Assembly: GCA_963823555.1 (NCBI GenBank)
Contig: CAWGMA010000004.1
Coordinates: 352,001-416,000 of the forward strand
Direction: 5' to 3'
From: Candidatus Eiseniibacteriota bacterium
GTDB taxonomy: Bacteria; Eisenbacteria; RBG-16-71-46; CAVPCR01
Length of the DNA: 64,000 bases
The translations under genes and the position numbers were made by a program. Each line of letters begins with the position of its first letter. Position 1 is the first letter of the stretch. The notes under the pieces were generated by a model. The model had not been told where the DNA came from. It worked only from the letters and a program-made list of their open reading frames with translations, and ran no database searches. Below, piece after piece: positions 62,839 through 64,000 of the stretch.

Positions 62839-63627
62839 ATGAGCTGTAAGTTGTGGAAAGAGAAGGCATTCGCCTACACTGAAGGCCTCCTGAGCGCCTC
62901 CGAGGCAAAGGCCTACCGCGAGCACATGGCCGGATGCGCCATTTGCAGCGCCGAGGTGACAGCCAGCCTGGGTCTCAGCCGGTCGCTCCGGGCCCTGCCT
63001 GATCCCGCTCTGAGCCGTGAGGCCGCGCGAGCCTTTGACGACGCCGTTCTGGCTCGAGTCAACACCTCCGCGTCCAGTTTGCCGGCGGCTGCCGCGGTGT
63101 CGCCTGAGAGCCGGGTGGCTCAGGTCCTGGCTCTGGCCGCTGCCAGGCGCGCTCGCCCTCGGGTTCCCATCGCGCCCGATGTGCGCTCGGAGGCTGCCCG
63201 CACCATTGCCGCTCGCAGTCGCCTGGCGGTGCGTCCGGCCTCGCCACCGGCTCCTTCCTTCATGCTGGCCTCGCTGGCCCTGGCTGCTCTCTCCATCGCC
63301 GTCACGGTCTTCTTCGGGGAGTGGATGGTCAGCACGATCGGCACCAGCCTCACCCTGGCGCTGGGTGCCCTGGGTGAGGGCGGCGGCTGGTTGGCCGAGG
63401 GAGTGGGAGCCCGGGTCATTGAACTCGTCGCCGTGTTTCGGGTCGTCCGTGTCCTGGCCGATGACGTCGGGCCTGTCTTCGATGGTGTACGTCAGCTGGC
63501 CAGTGTGCGGGGCTCCGAACTCATGGTGGTCTCCGTCCTCGCTGCTCTCTTGCTTGGCCTTGCCGGTTTCATCGTGCGCCGAGATCGATCGGTGGCGCGT
63601 GAGCGGACGCGTGGCGGCATGTCCTGA
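62839..63627 (+). CDS. Zinc-binding (ZAS, zf-HC2) transmembrane anti-sigma factor
   Basis: N-terminal Cys plus HMAGCAIC (Hx3Cx2C); C-terminal hydrophobic helices; follows the ECF gene. Confidence 0.85.
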   Translation: MSCKLWKEKAFAYTEGLLSASEAKAYREHMAGCAICSAEVTASLGLSRSLRALPDPALSREAARAFDDAVLARVNTSASSLPAAAAVSPESRVAQVLALAAARRARPRVPIAPDVRSEAARTIAARSRLAVRPASPPAPSFMLASLALAALSIAVTVFFGEWMVSTIGTSLTLALGALGEGGGWLAEGVGARVIELVAVFRVVRVLADDVGPVFDGVRQLASVRGSELMVVSVLAALLLGLAGFIVRRDRSVARERTRGGMS

Positions 63628-63661
63628 TGCCCGAGGTGATTGTCAGCCGTCGAGGGTCATC

Positions 63662-64000
63662 ATGAAACGAATGTGCATCACCCGACTCCAAGTTGCCGCG
63701 ATCGTGACATTCATGGTCCTTGCTCTCATCCCGTGGGCGACCACAGTGGAGGCGGCTCGGCCATCGTCACAGGCTCCTTCGGGCGAGCCCGGCATCGAGA
63801 TCGGGCCGGATCCCGATGCGCCACCACCCAAGCCCAGGCCACCCCAGGAGAGGACGCCGGAGACGCCCGCGACCCCGAGCACTCCTGTGCCCCCGCTCGA
63901 CGAGACCAAGGAGGCGCTGGAGCGTACCCAGGCAGATGTCGAGAGGATGCGCGAGGAAGTCGAGGCGGAGCGACGCAGGGCCGAAGAGGTGCTGCGGGCC
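63662..64000 (+). CDS. Exported Pro-rich hypothetical protein, partial
   Basis: MKRMCITRLQVAAIVTFMVLALIPWATTVEA signal-like start; frame is open to the window end. Confidence 0.6.
   Translation, partial: MKRMCITRLQVAAIVTFMVLALIPWATTVEAARPSSQAPSGEPGIEIGPDPDAPPPKPRPPQERTPETPATPSTPVPPLDETKEALERTQADVERMREEVEAERRRAEEVLRA

Overview
High-GC chromosomal window with about 45 protein genes and two tRNAs; no CRISPR array, integrase, transposase or phage genes were seen. Three secreted proteins end in T9SS-A/FlgD-Ig-like C-terminal domains and one ends in a TWGxIKxxYR tail, which suggests (inference) an FCB-affiliated candidate phylum such as Eisenbacteria or Krumholzibacteriota. Housekeeping genes include asnB-like, GT4, sulP, hflX, lrp-lat, an RRM protein, gltS, mgtE, korDABC, gap, eno-ftsB, tRNA-Ser(CGA), tRNA-fMet and an ECF sigma/anti-sigma pair. 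The most notable items are: (1) two convergent glutamate dehydrogenase operons enclosing three PEP-synthase-like ATP-grasp proteins that lack the PEP-binding barrel (one with receiver-like domains, one with a GAF-like input and a C-terminal nucleotidyltransferase) plus a metallophosphoesterase, a candidate writer/eraser system acting on glutamate/2-oxoglutarate metabolism; (2) a ClpA/B-type AAA+ protein fused to a nearly full-length release factor 2 homologue lacking GGQ and SPF; (3) a CydA-like, heme-c-bearing oxidase pair beside two c-type cytochrome lipoproteins; (4) a four-gene DUF6754-type membrane cluster; (5) a 1018-aa exported PLD-superfamily protein; (6) tandem parS-like palindromes. 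Five patches carry frameshifts that are most likely assembly errors. All assignments come from motif recognition by eye; no database searches were run.
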